DNA from: Escherichia coli
GTDB lineage: Bacteria; Pseudomonadota; Gammaproteobacteria; Enterobacterales; Enterobacteriaceae
Length of the DNA: 64,000 bases
Assembly: GCF_001677475.2 (NCBI RefSeq)
Contig: NZ_CP015229.1
Reading direction: 5' to 3' (one strand)
Numbering within the stretch: position 1 is the stretch's first letter; each line of letters begins with the position of its first letter. The notes under the pieces were generated by a model. The model ran no database searches, was not told the origin of the DNA, and was given only the letters and a program-made list of their open reading frames with translations. The translations under genes and the position numbers were made by a program. Of the stretch, positions 10,945 through 22,577 are shown piece by piece.

Positions 10945-12354
10945 TCACTCCATCCCCAGCTCTTTTAACTTCCGCGTCAGAGTGTTACGCCCCCAGCCGA
11001 GTAGCCGCGCCGCTTCCTGTTTATGTCCTTGCGTATATCGCAACGCGGTCGTCAGTAACGTCCGCTCCAGCTCAGGCTGCGCTTCGGAAAGCAGATTTTG
11101 ATGACCGGAACGCAGCGCCCTGTCTGCCCACTGCGCTAACAGCGTCGCCCAACTGTCCGGTTGCATTTGCGAAGTACTCTCCGCAACCGTTGATTCAAAC
11201 AGTTCACCGGGCAAATCCTGAATCAACACTTCCTGCCCGGCGGCCATCACCGTTAGCCAGCGGCAGGTGTTTTCCAGCTGGCGCACGTTGCCTGGCCACG
11301 CCAGACGCGTCAGAGCAGCTTCGGTTTCCGGATGCAGCAACTTCGCTTCTACGCCCAGTTCACGCGCGGCAACCTGTAAAAAATGGCGCGCCAGACGGGG
11401 AATATCTTCCCGACGTTCGCGCAGCGGCGGCAGATGAACGCGGATAACGTTCAGGCGGTGGAACAGATCCTCACGGAACTTGCCTTCCTGCACCCGCTGT
11501 TCAAGATTCTGGTGAGTGGCAGCGATAATCCGCACATCTACTTTCACCGGCGCATAGCCGCCAACGCGATAAAACTGACCATCTGCCAGTACGCGCAGCA
11601 AACGCGTCTGCACATCCAGCGGCATATCGCCAATTTCATCGAGGAATAATGTACCGCCATCAGCCTGTTCAAAACGCCCCTGACGAATGGTATTCGCGCC
11701 GGTAAACGCGCCTTTCTCGTGGCCAAACAGTTCTGATTCGATCAAATCTTTTGGGATAGCTGCCATATTCAGCGCGATAAACGGCGCTTTGGCGCGCGGA
11801 CTGTGGCGATGCAGGGCATGAGCGACCAGTTCTTTACCGGTACCGGATTCGCCGTTAATCAGCACGCTAATAGAAGAACGCGAAAGCCGACCGATAATAC
11901 GGAACACGTCCTGCATGGCTGGCGCTTCGCCGATGATATCGGTCGTTGGGCCGTTAAGCTGAACATTACGCGGCTGCTGCTGTTCCTGATAATGGCTGAT
12001 GGCGCGCTCAACCAGCGCCACGGCTTCGTCGATATCAAACGGTTTGGGCAGATAATCAAACGCCCCTTGTTGATAGGCGCTGACGGCAGCATCCAGATCG
12101 GAATGTGCGGTCATGATGATGACCGGAAGCATCGGATGGCGCTGTTTAATCTGCTTGAGCAGTGCCAGTCCGTCCATTCCCGGCATACGGATATCTGAAA
12201 GCAGCACATCCGGCGTTTTGCTCGCCAGCGCCTCCAGTACCTCCGCGCCGTTCTCAAATGTCGTACAGGTTAAACCCGCTCCAGCGAGCGCACGTTCAAG
12301 CACCCAACGGATGGAACTATCGTCATCGACTACCCAGACTATCCCTCGTTGCAT
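10945..12354 (-). CDS. glnG: Nitrogen regulation response regulator NtrC (sigma54 activator)
   Basis: 469 aa from ATG at 12354 ([12 protein letters not shown]...); receiver domain, AAA+ GESGTGKE, C-terminal HTH. Confidence 0.95.
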   Translation of the reverse strand: MQRGIVWVVDDDSSIRWVLERALAGAGLTCTTFENGAEVLEALASKTPDVLLSDIRMPGMDGLALLKQIKQRHPMLPVIIMTAHSDLDAAVSAYQQGAFDYLPKPFDIDEAVALVERAISHYQEQQQPRNVQLNGPTTDIIGEAPAMQDVFRIIGRLSRSSISVLINGESGTGKELVAHALHRHSPRAKAPFIALNMAAIPKDLIESELFGHEKGAFTGANTIRQGRFEQADGGTLFLDEIGDMPLDVQTRLLRVLADGQFYRVGGYAPVKVDVRIIAATHQNLEQRVQEGKFREDLFHRLNVIRVHLPPLRERREDIPRLARHFLQVAARELGVEAKLLHPETEAALTRLAWPGNVRQLENTCRWLTVMAAGQEVLIQDLPGELFESTVAESTSQMQPDSWATLLAQWADRALRSGHQNLLSEAQPELERTLLTTALRYTQGHKQEAARLLGWGRNTLTRKLKELGME

Positions 12355-12365
12355 AAACGTCACCT

Positions 12366-13415
12366 TTATTTCCTGATAGGCAGGTAAACCGAGAACTCGG
12401 TATGCCCTGGCCAACTGGTAAATTCAATTTTGCCTGAATGCTGATCAATCAAATTACGAGCGATGGATAAGCCAAGCCCGGTGCCACCTTCGCGGCCGCT
12501 GACCATCGGGTAAAACAGCGTATCCTGCAAATGAGGCGGAATGCCCGGCCCGTTATCTTCCACATCAATCCGCGCCGCCAGCCGGTAGCGCTCGCCGTGT
12601 AAGGTCAGTTGAAACGCGGTGCGGGTACGCAGAATGATTTCACCGCCTTCCGGCCCCAGCGCCTGTAGCGCATTGCGCACAATATTCAGGAGCACTTGCT
12701 CAATTTGATCCGGGTCGTGCGCCAGTTCCGGCAGGCTGGGGTCGTAATCACGAATCAACCGCACGTTGTCCGGCAGTTCCATCGACACCAGCGTCACCAC
12801 ACGTTCAGCCACTTTATGAATACTTTCGGTAACGCGCGTACCGGGCAGCTGCGGCCCCAACAGACGGTCGACCAGATTTCGCAGCCGGTCCGCCTGTTCG
12901 ATAATCACTTTGGTATATTCGAGTAGTGACGGGTCAGGTAATGCTTTGCTGAGTAGCTGCGCCGCGCCCCGTAAACCGCCAAGCGGATTTTTAATCTCAT
13001 GTGCCAGGCCGCGCACTAAATCACGGGCAGCAACCTGCTGGGCGTGCTGTAGCTGTTCCTGACTTAAGCGGCGCTGGTTATCCATCGGTGCCATCTCCAG
13101 CAGGATCATGCCGTCCGGCATACGCTGGGCCGTCACAGAAAGGATATGCGAACGCCCGTCGATGACCAGCGTCACTTCGTTATCGGTAAAACCTTGCCCC
13201 GCCTCCAGACTTTCTTGCATCAGCTCGATATTTAATGAGAAGTAGCTCAACAGTTCCGGTAACGGCGTACCAAACAATTTGCGGGAGCTTTGGGCGAGCA
13301 GTTGTTGCGCGGCGGGGTTGGCGTAATGGATCGCCAGGTTGTCATCGATTAACAAAATACTGTTAATCAGCGAGTTGAGGATCTGCCCAGCATCGGGCTG
13401 CGTGCCTGTTGCCAT
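12366..13415 (-). CDS. glnL: Nitrogen regulation sensor histidine kinase NtrB
   Basis: 349 aa; PAS region plus HisKA/HATPase motifs. Confidence 0.95.
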
Positions 13416-13480
13416 AAAGCAGTCTCCTGAACAGGTTGCACCATTTTAGTGCATTATAGCTTTTTACGGATAAAAAGCGC
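13416..13480 (-). promoter_or_regulatory. glnL promoter with overlapping NtrC site
   Basis: Minus strand reads agctataatgcactaaaatggtgcaa: -10-like TATAAT and NtrC-like TGCACTAAAATGGTGCA. Confidence 0.5.
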
Positions 13481-13502
13481 GAAGCATCAGAGAATTGACG
13501 GA

Positions 13503-13529
13503 GAAAAAAGCCCATGCAGAGATGGGCTG
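13503..13529 (-). terminator. glnA terminator
   Basis: Minus-strand hairpin cagcccatctctgcatgggc followed by a T-run. Confidence 0.75.
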
Positions 13530-13733
13530 AAATTTCCACGGCAACTAAAAACCAGTCCCATCAGGCTATTTTATTTGCCATTTTGAACCTGGGCAGTGCT
13601 CGAACTCCTCACGTACCAGTGTACGCTCCGGGTTCTGCGCGCTGTCCGTGTTCAAACTGGCTGCAACAATTACGCCAGATGGGCCTGGTTTGAACCTCCG
13701 GCGTTGTTGCGCCGGGTAGTACAACTTCAACTA
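13503..13733 (-). ncRNA. glnZ: glnA 3'UTR, candidate GlnZ 3'UTR-derived sRNA
   Basis: Inferred from position alone (glnA stop to its terminator); not independently recognisable from sequence. Confidence 0.35.
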
Positions 13734-15143
13734 TTAGACGCTGTAGTACAGCTCAAACTCTACCGGATGCGGAGTCATACGCACGCGGTCATCTTCTTCG
13801 CGACGCAGAGCGATGTACGCATCGATCGCTTCATCCGTGAACACGCCACCGGCTTTCAGGAACTCGCGATCCAGATCCAGTTCGTTCAGTGCTTCTTCCA
13901 GAGAGCCTGCAACCTGTGGGATCTCTTTCGCTTCTTCTGGCGGCAGGTCATACAGGTTTTTGTCCATGGCTTCGCCCGGATGGATCTTGTTCTTGATACC
14001 ATCAAGACCGGCCATCAGCAGGGCAGCAAAGCACAGGTACGGGTTAGCCGCCGGGTCCGGGAAACGTACTTCGATACGACGTGCTTTCGGAGAAGAAACC
14101 ACCGGAATACGGATAGACGCAGAACGGTTACGCGCAGAGTAAGCCAGCATTACCGGTGCTTCGTAGCCCGGGACCAGACGCTTGTAAGAGTTGGTGGTCG
14201 GGTTTGCCAGGGCGTTAATCGCTTTAGCGTGTTTGATTACGCCGCCAATGTAGTACAGCGCCTGCTCAGACAGACCTGCGTATTTATCGCCCGCGAACAG
14301 GTTAACGCCGTTTTTAGACAGTGACATGTGGCAGTGCATACCGGAGCCGTTATCACCGAACATCGGTTTTGGCATAAAGGTCGCAGTTTTACCGAAGCGG
14401 TGCGCTACGTTGTGCACAACATATTTGTAGATCTGAATTTCGTCAGCTTTTTTGGTCATGGTATTGAAGCGGGTAGCCACTTCGTTCTGACCAGCAGTCG
14501 CTACTTCGTGGTGATGGGCTTCAACCACCAGACCCATCTGTTCCATCACCAGACACATTTCAGAACGAATATCCTGAGCAGAGTCTACCGGTGGAACCGG
14601 GAAGTAACCGCCTTTCACTGCCGGACGGTGACCTTTGTTACCACCTTCGTATTGGGTGGAGGAGTTCCATGCGCCTTCGATATCGTCGATAGCAACGTGG
14701 GAACCGGAGATAGATGATCCGAAACGGATGTCATCGAACAGGAAGAATTCAGGTTCTGGCCCGAACAGTACGGTGTCGGCAATGCCAGTGGAACGCAGGT
14801 AATCTTCGGCGCGCTTCGCAATAGAGCGCGGGTCACGGTCATAGCCTTGCAGGGTGCCAGGTTCAAGGATGTCGCAACGGATAATCAGGGTAGAGTCGGC
14901 GAAGAACGGGTCAATCACTGCGGTGGATGCGTCTGGCATCAGCACCATGTCGGATTCGTTAATGCCTTTCCAGCCGCCAATCGAGGAGCCGTCAAACATT
15001 TTGCCTTCTTCGAAGAATTCAGCATTCACCTGATGAGCAGGGATAGTGACGTGCTGTTCTTTACCTTTGGTATCGGTGAAGCGCAAATCAACAAACTTCA
15101 CTTCGTGCTCGTTCAGCATCGTCAGTACGTGTTCAGCGGACAT
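13734..15143 (-). CDS. glnA: Glutamine synthetase
   Basis: 469 aa; sequence matches GlnA (adenylylation-site region present). Confidence 0.97.
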
Positions 15144-15224
15144 ACTTTAACTCTCCTGGATTGGTCATTGTCGTCGTGGTAACGAAATCTGCAATTATTT
15201 TGGCCGTGTCGCCGTAAAAAAGAT

Positions 15225-15370
15225 AAAGCGAAAACTGTGCCAACTTTTAAATTGCCCCTAAAAGGCGTTATCATGCTTAACATCGTGCAAAAGGGCTGCA
15301 CCATGATGTGAATGTTGCACCAATATAGTGCTTCAATGGAAACATTAAGCACCATATTGGTGCAATGACC
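15225..15370 (-). promoter_or_regulatory. glnA control region: sigma54 promoter glnAp2 and upstream NtrC sites
   Basis: Minus strand TTGGCACAGTTTTCGCT (-24 GG / -12 GC); NtrC-type palindromes gcaccatattggtgca (15350..15365) and tgcaccatgatgtgaatgttgcacca. Confidence 0.8.
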
Positions 15371-15515
15371 TTTGGATAACCCTTTTTATGCTCCGTGAAA
15401 GCGATCACAAAGGGACTCTGCAATACTTGTTTGCGGAGGATGTTTGTGATCCTGTTTTGTAGTGCGATTAATCCGTGTACAATAACGCGCTATTTCTAAT
15501 GCCTGAGGCAAAGTT

Positions 15516-17339
15516 GTGATCGAAAAATTGCGTAATATCGCCATCATCGCGCACGTAGACCATGGTAAAACCACCCTGGTAGACAAGCTGCTCCAACAAT
15601 CCGGTACGTTCGACTCTCGTGCCGAAACCCAAGAGCGCGTGATGGACTCCAACGATTTGGAGAAAGAGCGTGGGATTACCATCCTCGCGAAAAACACCGC
15701 TATCAAATGGAATGATTACCGTATCAACATCGTTGATACCCCGGGGCACGCCGACTTCGGTGGTGAAGTTGAACGTGTAATGTCCATGGTAGACTCAGTG
15801 CTGCTGGTGGTTGACGCATTTGACGGCCCGATGCCGCAAACGCGCTTCGTAACCAAAAAAGCGTTTGCTTACGGCCTGAAGCCGATTGTTGTTATCAACA
15901 AAGTTGACCGCCCTGGCGCGCGTCCTGACTGGGTTGTGGATCAGGTATTCGATCTGTTCGTTAACCTCGACGCGACCGACGAGCAGCTGGACTTCCCGAT
16001 CGTTTACGCTTCTGCGCTGAACGGTATCGCGGGTCTGGACCACGAAGATATGGCGGAAGACATGACTCCGCTGTATCAGGCGATTGTTGACCACGTTCCT
16101 GCGCCGGACGTTGACCTTGACGGTCCGTTCCAGATGCAGATTTCTCAGCTCGATTACAACAGCTATGTTGGCGTTATCGGCATTGGCCGCATCAAGCGCG
16201 GTAAAGTGAAGCCGAACCAGCAGGTTACTATCATCGATAGCGAAGGCAAAACCCGCAACGCGAAAGTCGGTAAAGTGCTGGGCCACCTCGGTCTGGAACG
16301 TATCGAAACTGATCTGGCGGAAGCTGGCGATATCGTTGCGATCACGGGCCTTGGCGAACTGAACATTTCTGACACCGTTTGCGACACGCAAAACGTTGAA
16401 GCGCTGCCGGCACTCTCCGTTGATGAGCCGACCGTTTCTATGTTCTTCTGCGTTAACACCTCACCGTTCTGCGGTAAAGAAGGTAAGTTCGTAACGTCTC
16501 GTCAGATCCTGGATCGTCTGAACAAAGAACTGGTACACAACGTTGCGCTGCGCGTAGAAGAAACCGAAGACGCCGATGCGTTCCGCGTTTCTGGTCGTGG
16601 CGAACTGCACCTGTCTGTTCTGATCGAAAACATGCGTCGTGAAGGTTTCGAACTGGCGGTATCCCGTCCGAAAGTTATCTTCCGTGAAATCGACGGTCGT
16701 AAACAAGAGCCGTATGAAAACGTGACTCTGGACGTTGAAGAACAGCATCAGGGTTCTGTAATGCAGGCGCTGGGCGAACGTAAAGGCGACCTGAAAAACA
16801 TGAATCCAGACGGTAAAGGCCGCGTACGTCTCGACTACGTGATCCCAAGCCGTGGTCTGATTGGCTTCCGTTCTGAGTTCATGACCATGACTTCCGGTAC
16901 TGGTCTGCTGTACTCCACCTTCAGCCACTACGACGACGTACGTCCGGGTGAAGTGGGTCAGCGTCAGAACGGCGTACTGATCTCTAACGGTCAGGGTAAA
17001 GCGGTCGCGTTCGCGCTGTTCGGTCTGCAGGATCGCGGTAAGCTGTTCCTCGGTCACGGTGCAGAAGTTTACGAAGGTCAGATTATCGGTATTCATAGCC
17101 GCTCTAACGACCTGACTGTAAACTGCCTGACCGGTAAGAAACTGACCAACATGCGTGCTTCCGGTACTGACGAAGCCGTTGTTCTGGTTCCGCCTATCCG
17201 CATGACTCTGGAACAAGCTCTGGAGTTCATCGATGATGACGAACTGGTAGAAGTGACTCCGACCTCTATCCGTATTCGTAAACGTCACCTGACGGAAAAT
17301 GATCGTCGTCGCGCTAACCGCGCACCGAAAGACGATTAA
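15516..17339 (+). CDS. typA: Ribosome-associated translational GTPase BipA/TypA
   Basis: 607 aa from GTG at 15516; G-domain [14 protein letters not shown]. Confidence 0.95.
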   Translation: MIEKLRNIAIIAHVDHGKTTLVDKLLQQSGTFDSRAETQERVMDSNDLEKERGITILAKNTAIKWNDYRINIVDTPGHADFGGEVERVMSMVDSVLLVVDAFDGPMPQTRFVTKKAFAYGLKPIVVINKVDRPGARPDWVVDQVFDLFVNLDATDEQLDFPIVYASALNGIAGLDHEDMAEDMTPLYQAIVDHVPAPDVDLDGPFQMQISQLDYNSYVGVIGIGRIKRGKVKPNQQVTIIDSEGKTRNAKVGKVLGHLGLERIETDLAEAGDIVAITGLGELNISDTVCDTQNVEALPALSVDEPTVSMFFCVNTSPFCGKEGKFVTSRQILDRLNKELVHNVALRVEETEDADAFRVSGRGELHLSVLIENMRREGFELAVSRPKVIFREIDGRKQEPYENVTLDVEEQHQGSVMQALGERKGDLKNMNPDGKGRVRLDYVIPSRGLIGFRSEFMTMTSGTGLLYSTFSHYDDVRPGEVGQRQNGVLISNGQGKAVAFALFGLQDRGKLFLGHGAEVYEGQIIGIHSRSNDLTVNCLTGKKLTNMRASGTDEAVVLVPPIRMTLEQALEFIDDDELVEVTPTSIRIRKRHLTENDRRRANRAPKDD

Positions 17340-17361
17340 TTTCGTTTTTTAGCCATAAAAA

Positions 17362-17389
17362 ACCTGCCAGCGATGGCAGGTTTTTTTTT
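17362..17389 (+). terminator. Rho-independent terminator after typA
   Basis: aacctgccagcgatggcaggtt followed by T9. Confidence 0.8.
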
Positions 17390-17555
17390 ACCTGTCGTGA
17401 GCGCACACCAATGCGAGTATCTCCCTTATAAGTCTGTGATTACGTCAATAGAGAGCTTTGTCACAATTATCTGCAAAGTCATACGCCGTTAATTGCTTTC
17501 TTTTTTGGCGTAAGCGTAAGATGCTTCATCTGGTTTAAACCAAAAGGATTAAACA

Positions 17556-18266
17556 ATGGCGGAGAATCAATCCACCGTAGAAAATGCAAAAGAGAAACTG
17601 GATCGGTGGTTGAAAGATGGCATCACCACGCCGGGTGGAAAACTCCCTTCAGAAAGAGAGCTGGGAGAACTGCTGGGCATTAAACGTATGACGCTGCGCC
17701 AGGCGTTGTTGAACCTCGAGGCAGAATCCAAAATCTTCCGTAAAGATCGTAAGGGGTGGTTCGTGACCCAGCCGCGATTTAATTACAGTCCGGAGCTGTC
17801 GGCGAGCTTTCAGCGGGCCGCAATTGAGCAAGGGCGAGAGCCTTCCTGGGGGTTTACCGAGAAAAACCGTACCAGCGATATTCCCGAGACGCTCGCGCCA
17901 CTGATTGCAGTGACGCCATCAACTGAACTCTATCGCATCACCGGCTGGGGGGCGCTGGAAGGACATAAAGTTTTCTATCACGAAACATATATTAATCCTG
18001 AAGTTGCTCCGGGTTTTATTGAACAACTTGAAAACCACTCATTTTCTGCAGTCTGGGAAAAGTGCTACCAAAAAGAGACGGTAGTAAAAAAATTGATTTT
18101 CAAACCCGTCAGAATGCCGGGCGATATCAGCAAGTATCTTGGCGGTTCTGCGGGTATGCCTGCGATCTTAATTGAAAAGCATCGCGCCGACCAGCAAGGC
18201 AATATTGTCCAGATAGATATTGAATATTGGCGATTTGAGGCCGTAGACCTCATCATTAATCTGTAG
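17556..18266 (+). CDS. yihL: GntR-family transcriptional regulator YihL
   Basis: 236 aa; N-terminal HTH plus effector-binding domain. Confidence 0.85.
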   Translation: MAENQSTVENAKEKLDRWLKDGITTPGGKLPSERELGELLGIKRMTLRQALLNLEAESKIFRKDRKGWFVTQPRFNYSPELSASFQRAAIEQGREPSWGFTEKNRTSDIPETLAPLIAVTPSTELYRITGWGALEGHKVFYHETYINPEVAPGFIEQLENHSFSAVWEKCYQKETVVKKLIFKPVRMPGDISKYLGGSAGMPAILIEKHRADQQGNIVQIDIEYWRFEAVDLIINL

Positions 18267-18273
18267 GTGTTTT

Positions 18274-19254
18274 ATGGTGACAATAAATAACGCAAGAAAG
18301 ATTCTACAACGTGTCGACACTCTTCCTCTTTATTTACATGCTTATGCCTTTCATTTAAATATGCGGCTGGAAAGAGTGTTGCCTGCTGATTTACTTGATA
18401 TCGCAAGTGAAAATAATCTACGTGGCGTCAAAATCCATGTTCTGGATGGCGAGCGTTTTTCTCTTGGTAATATGGACGATAAAGAACTCTCTGCCTTTGG
18501 GGATAAAGCCCGCCGTCTGAACCTTGATATTCATATTGAAACCAGTGCCTCAGATAAAAAATCTATTGACGAAGCCGTCGCCATCGCGTTGAAAACTGGG
18601 GCATCCTCCGTACGTTTTTATCCGCGTTATGAAGGTAATTTGCGCGACGTATTATCGATTATCGCTAACGACATTGCCTATGTACGGGAAACGTATCAGG
18701 ACAGCGGCCTGACTTTTACGATCGAGCAGCATGAAGATTTAAAAAGTCATGAGCTGGTGTCGCTGGTCAAAGAAAGTGAGATGGAGTCTCTTTCCTTACT
18801 GTTTGATTTTGCGAACATGATCAATGCAAATGAGCATCCCATCGACGCTTTAAAAACGATGGCACCGCATATTACCCAGGTCCATATCAAAGATGCCTTG
18901 ATCGTTAAAGAACAGGGTGGCCTGGGTCATAAAGCCTGTATTTCAGGTCAGGGGGATATGCCCTTCAAAGCGTTATTAACGCACCTTATCTGCCTGGGTG
19001 ATGATGAGCCGCAGGTGACGGCATATGGCCTGGAAGAAGAGGTTGATTATTATGCGCCGGCGTTCCGCTTTGAAGACGAAGATGATAATCCGTGGATCCC
19101 TTATCGCCAGATGAGTGAAACACCCCTACCAGAAAATCATTTACTGGATGCGCGGTTACGTAAAGAAAAAGAAGATGCAATTAATCAGATAAATCATGTG
19201 CGTAACGTACTACAACAAATCAAACAAGAGGCAAACTATCTTCTGAACCACTAA
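18274..19254 (+). CDS. yihM: Putative sugar-phosphate isomerase/epimerase (TIM barrel) YihM
   Basis: 326 aa; size and position match E. coli yihM. Confidence 0.8.
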   Translation: MVTINNARKILQRVDTLPLYLHAYAFHLNMRLERVLPADLLDIASENNLRGVKIHVLDGERFSLGNMDDKELSAFGDKARRLNLDIHIETSASDKKSIDEAVAIALKTGASSVRFYPRYEGNLRDVLSIIANDIAYVRETYQDSGLTFTIEQHEDLKSHELVSLVKESEMESLSLLFDFANMINANEHPIDALKTMAPHITQVHIKDALIVKEQGGLGHKACISGQGDMPFKALLTHLICLGDDEPQVTAYGLEEEVDYYAPAFRFEDEDDNPWIPYRQMSETPLPENHLLDARLRKEKEDAINQINHVRNVLQQIKQEANYLLNH

Positions 19255-19355
19255 TAAGTTTTAACTCATACGCAGTTAATAAAACCATTCCATATGAATG
19301 GTCGGTATCTTATTGCCTTTAAAACAGTGATTTTAAAAATCGCTTAGGGGATGTT

Positions 19356-20621
19356 ATGCTCACGAAAAAGAAATGGGCGTTATTTAGTCTATTAACACTG
19401 TGTGGCGGTACAATTTATAAATTACCGTCGCTGAAAGATGCGTTTTATATCCCGATGCAGGAATATTTCCATTTGACCAATGGTCAAATTGGTAATGCTA
19501 TGTCGGTAAACTCATTTGTCACCACAGTGGGCTTTTTTCTGTCTATTTATTTTGCCGATAAACTACCGCGCAGATACACCATGTCACTCTCACTCATTGC
19601 GACAGGATTACTGGGTGTTTATTTGACGACAATGCCGGGGTATTGGGGCATCCTCTTTGTCTGGGCGCTATTTGGCGTTACTTGCGACATGATGAACTGG
19701 CCGGTCTTGCTCAAGTCGGTAAGTCGATTGGGCAATAGCGAACAACAAGGTCGGTTGTTTGGCTTCTTCGAAACAGGGCGTGGCATTGTCGATACCGTGG
19801 TGGCATTTTCTGCGTTGGCAGTATTTACCTGGTTTGGCAGTGGCTTATTGGGTTTTAAAGCAGGCATCTGGTTCTATTCCCTTATTGTGATTGCCGTAGG
19901 CATTATTATTTTCTTTGTCCTGAATGACAAAGAAGAGGCACCGTCCGTTGAGGTGAAAAAAGAAGACGGAGCATCGCAAAACACCAGTATGACCTCGGTG
20001 CTGAGAGACAAAACCATCTGGCTTATCGCTTTCAACGTCTTCTTCGTTTACGCGGTTTACTGTGGCCTGACATTCTTCATTCCATTCCTGAAAAACATCT
20101 ATCTATTGCCCGTTGCGTTGGTGGGGGCTTACGGCATCATTAACCAATATTGTCTGAAAATGATTGGAGGACCGATTGGTGGCATGATTTCAGATAAGAT
20201 CCTGAAATCGCCGAGTAAATATCTATGCTACACCTTTATCATCAGTACCGCTGCGCTCGTACTGTTGATTATGCTGCCGCACGAAAGTATGCCGGTCTAT
20301 TTAGGGATGGCATGTACATTAGGCTTTGGCGCGATAGTCTTTACACAGCGAGCCGTATTTTTTGCACCTATCGGCGAAGCAAAAATTGCTGAAAATAAAA
20401 CAGGCGCGGCGATGGCGTTGGGTAGCTTTATTGGTTACGCCCCGGCGATGTTCTGCTTCAGTCTGTATGGCTACATTCTGGATTTAAATCCGGGGATTAT
20501 TGGCTACAAAATCGTGTTTGGCATTATGGCCTGCTTCGCATTCTGTGGTGCGGTGGTTTCCGTAATGCTGGTTAAGCGTATTAGCCAACGTAAGAAAGAG
20601 ATGCTGGCGGCTGAAGCTTAA
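19356..20621 (+). CDS. yihN: MFS transporter YihN
   Basis: 421 aa; about 12 hydrophobic segments. Confidence 0.85.
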   Translation: MLTKKKWALFSLLTLCGGTIYKLPSLKDAFYIPMQEYFHLTNGQIGNAMSVNSFVTTVGFFLSIYFADKLPRRYTMSLSLIATGLLGVYLTTMPGYWGILFVWALFGVTCDMMNWPVLLKSVSRLGNSEQQGRLFGFFETGRGIVDTVVAFSALAVFTWFGSGLLGFKAGIWFYSLIVIAVGIIIFFVLNDKEEAPSVEVKKEDGASQNTSMTSVLRDKTIWLIAFNVFFVYAVYCGLTFFIPFLKNIYLLPVALVGAYGIINQYCLKMIGGPIGGMISDKILKSPSKYLCYTFIISTAALVLLIMLPHESMPVYLGMACTLGFGAIVFTQRAVFFAPIGEAKIAENKTGAAMALGSFIGYAPAMFCFSLYGYILDLNPGIIGYKIVFGIMACFAFCGAVVSVMLVKRISQRKKEMLAAEA

Positions 20622-20626
20622 TTAAT

Positions 20627-20649
20627 GGCCGGATGTGCTTAATCCGGCC
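20627..20649. terminator. Hairpin between convergent yihN and the DeoR regulator gene
   Basis: ggccggat gtgctta atccggcc. Confidence 0.5.
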
Positions 20650-20680
20650 AACGAAAACCGTATCAACCGAAGTTTCAATT

Positions 20681-21469
20681 TCAGGATACTTCTTGCTCAG
20701 CAACCACCAGTTCAACATTCTCTTCACTTAACAACTGGCAGAAAGAATTGGGAGGCGGGGCATCAGTAAAAAAAGCCCTGACATTCCGTGCATTGCCAAT
20801 TGAAACGGCAGCAGACGCGGCAAACTTCGTATGATCGGCCACTAACAATGTATTCCGCGCATGTTTAATCATCGTTCTTGCGACTAACGCTTCATTGACA
20901 TCAAATTCCAGTAGGGTGCCGTCATGTTCAATGGCACCTATACTGGTGATTAAATAATCTGCGCGGAAGCCTTCAATAAAATCCACGGCTCCTGGGCCGA
21001 TAATCCCGCCGTTATGAGCGCGTAAAGTGCCTCCCGGCACCATCACTTCAATATCCTGATTCTTATAAAGAATCTGTGCCACACGTAGGCTGTTAGTGAT
21101 AATGCGTAAATCACGACGGTTGAGTAATGCCCTGGCAACGGCTTCTACGGTTGTACCGATGGTGATAAAGACGGTACAGCGTTCGGGAAGGTAATCGGCG
21201 ACTGCCTCAGCGATCGCCCGTTTCTCGGCGGTGAGCGAAAGTTCCCGTTGCTCAAAAGCGGTATTCATGACGCTGGAGACGCGCCCGGCCCCTCCATGAT
21301 GACGGGTGATCAACCCCTGCTCACTGAGTTTTCGGATATCCCGGCGCACGGTTTGCGTTGAAACATCCAGCAGTTGTGCCAGTTCTTCAATATTCATATA
21401 ACCGCGTTCTGCGATTAGATGAACGAGTTGGTCATGGCGTGGATTACCTGTCACTTCGATGATACTCAT
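20681..21469 (-). CDS. DeoR-family transcriptional regulator (YihW/CsqR-like)
   Basis: 262 aa; N-terminal HTH (STQTVRRDIRKL) and DeoR C-terminal sugar-phosphate-binding domain; related to but not the same as K-12 YihW as I remember it. Confidence 0.85.
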   Translation of the reverse strand: MSIIEVTGNPRHDQLVHLIAERGYMNIEELAQLLDVSTQTVRRDIRKLSEQGLITRHHGGAGRVSSVMNTAFEQRELSLTAEKRAIAEAVADYLPERCTVFITIGTTVEAVARALLNRRDLRIITNSLRVAQILYKNQDIEVMVPGGTLRAHNGGIIGPGAVDFIEGFRADYLITSIGAIEHDGTLLEFDVNEALVARTMIKHARNTLLVADHTKFAASAAVSIGNARNVRAFFTDAPPPNSFCQLLSEENVELVVAEQEVS

Positions 21470-21508
21470 GAATACTCCCTTGCCCCTCCTCGGTATATGT
21501 TTACCATT

Positions 21509-22405
21509 TTACGCATAAAGTGACAAAAATGATTCGGTTTGCTCACGATTAGGAATGCCGGCCCGACCGCCAGGCTGGGTACATTTCATCGCGGCAACCG
21601 CACTGGCAAAACGAATAGCCTCTTTTGTTGGCATTTTTTCTGCCAACGCTACCGCGAGTGCGCCGTGAAAAACATCGCCTGCTCCAGTGGTATCAACCAC
21701 ATTGACAGAAAATGCCTCCTGTTGACACAAATGATCATCTTCAATCCACAACGATCCTTCAGAACCCAGCGTAACATACACTTTACCTGCTGTTTGTGTC
21801 GTTGCCTGGAACAAACCTTCTTCAGGTGACTGCAGGCCAGTCATGCGTTTCAGCCCCGGTGTTGAGAACACGGCGTGATCGGCAAGCGCGACAAGTGGAG
21901 AAATATCCTGCGGTGTCATATCGGCGTCTAAAAGCGTTGTCACCCCCGCAAGGCGCGCTAGCGAGAATGCTTTTTCAGTACCGCTATGCCAGCGAACATC
22001 GGCCAGAATCAGATCATAACGAGAGAAATCGATCGCTTCTAACCATTCGGCATCAGTACCGAGATCGGGACTTGGATAATTAACGATAATCCGTTCGCCA
22101 TGCTGATCAACGAGGATCGCTGATTGCGACGAACGGGCGTTAGGATATCGGCGGCAAAATGCGGTATTGACGCCCCAACCCTCAAGTTCTGCAAGTAAGG
22201 TATTTCCACAACTGTCATCGCCGACGCGACCGATGAAATCAACCTCCACGCCAAGCTTTGCGATTGCAACAGCGGCTGTTGCTGCCGGGCCGCCACCAAT
22301 CTCAAGATAATGATTTGCCTGATATTTCCCGCCGCCATCCGGCAGAGTGAGCAAAGAATAAATCCTGTCCTGAACTGTGATACCCACGCATGCAATTTTT
22401 GTCAT
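21509..22405 (-). CDS. PfkB-family sugar kinase (YihV-like)
   Basis: 298 aa from ATG at 22405 with AGGA RBS; PfkB signature [17 protein letters not shown]; ORF track start 22456 is a probable over-extension. Confidence 0.85.
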   Translation of the reverse strand: MTKIACVGITVQDRIYSLLTLPDGGGKYQANHYLEIGGGPAATAAVAIAKLGVEVDFIGRVGDDSCGNTLLAELEGWGVNTAFCRRYPNARSSQSAILVDQHGERIIVNYPSPDLGTDAEWLEAIDFSRYDLILADVRWHSGTEKAFSLARLAGVTTLLDADMTPQDISPLVALADHAVFSTPGLKRMTGLQSPEEGLFQATTQTAGKVYVTLGSEGSLWIEDDHLCQQEAFSVNVVDTTGAGDVFHGALAVALAEKMPTKEAIRFASAVAAMKCTQPGGRAGIPNREQTESFLSLYA

Positions 22406-22577
22406 ATTTGTCTTGTCCTGTTTAATTTTGTCGTCTTTGGTCAATTTAAATGACACAAATGATCAAATTAGTGATGTGTGTCGTGTTTTTGAACATAAAT
22501 TACAAATATGCTCAAAAACAGACGAAAACGAATTTTCAATTGTCATTATTTTGTCAATGTCAGACAGGAGAGTATTC
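22406..22577. promoter_or_regulatory. AT-rich divergent promoter/operator region between the kinase and reductase genes
   Basis: 172-nt AT-rich spacer with recurring TTTGTC / GACGAAAACGA-type motifs; candidate operator for the adjacent DeoR regulator. Confidence 0.4.

Noticed and set aside
13596-14324. 242-aa plus-strand ORF overlapping glnA
   Set aside because: Antisense to glnA; Arg/Val/Phe-rich composition; no RBS.
16461-17288. 275-aa minus-strand ORF inside typA
   Set aside because: Antisense shadow ORF of a highly conserved GTPase gene.
22377-22577. N-terminal extension of the reductase ORF (track start 22377)
   Set aside because: Would overlap the start of the divergent kinase gene and read through the AT-rich promoter spacer; an internal ATG at 22578 has a good RBS and gives the expected family length.
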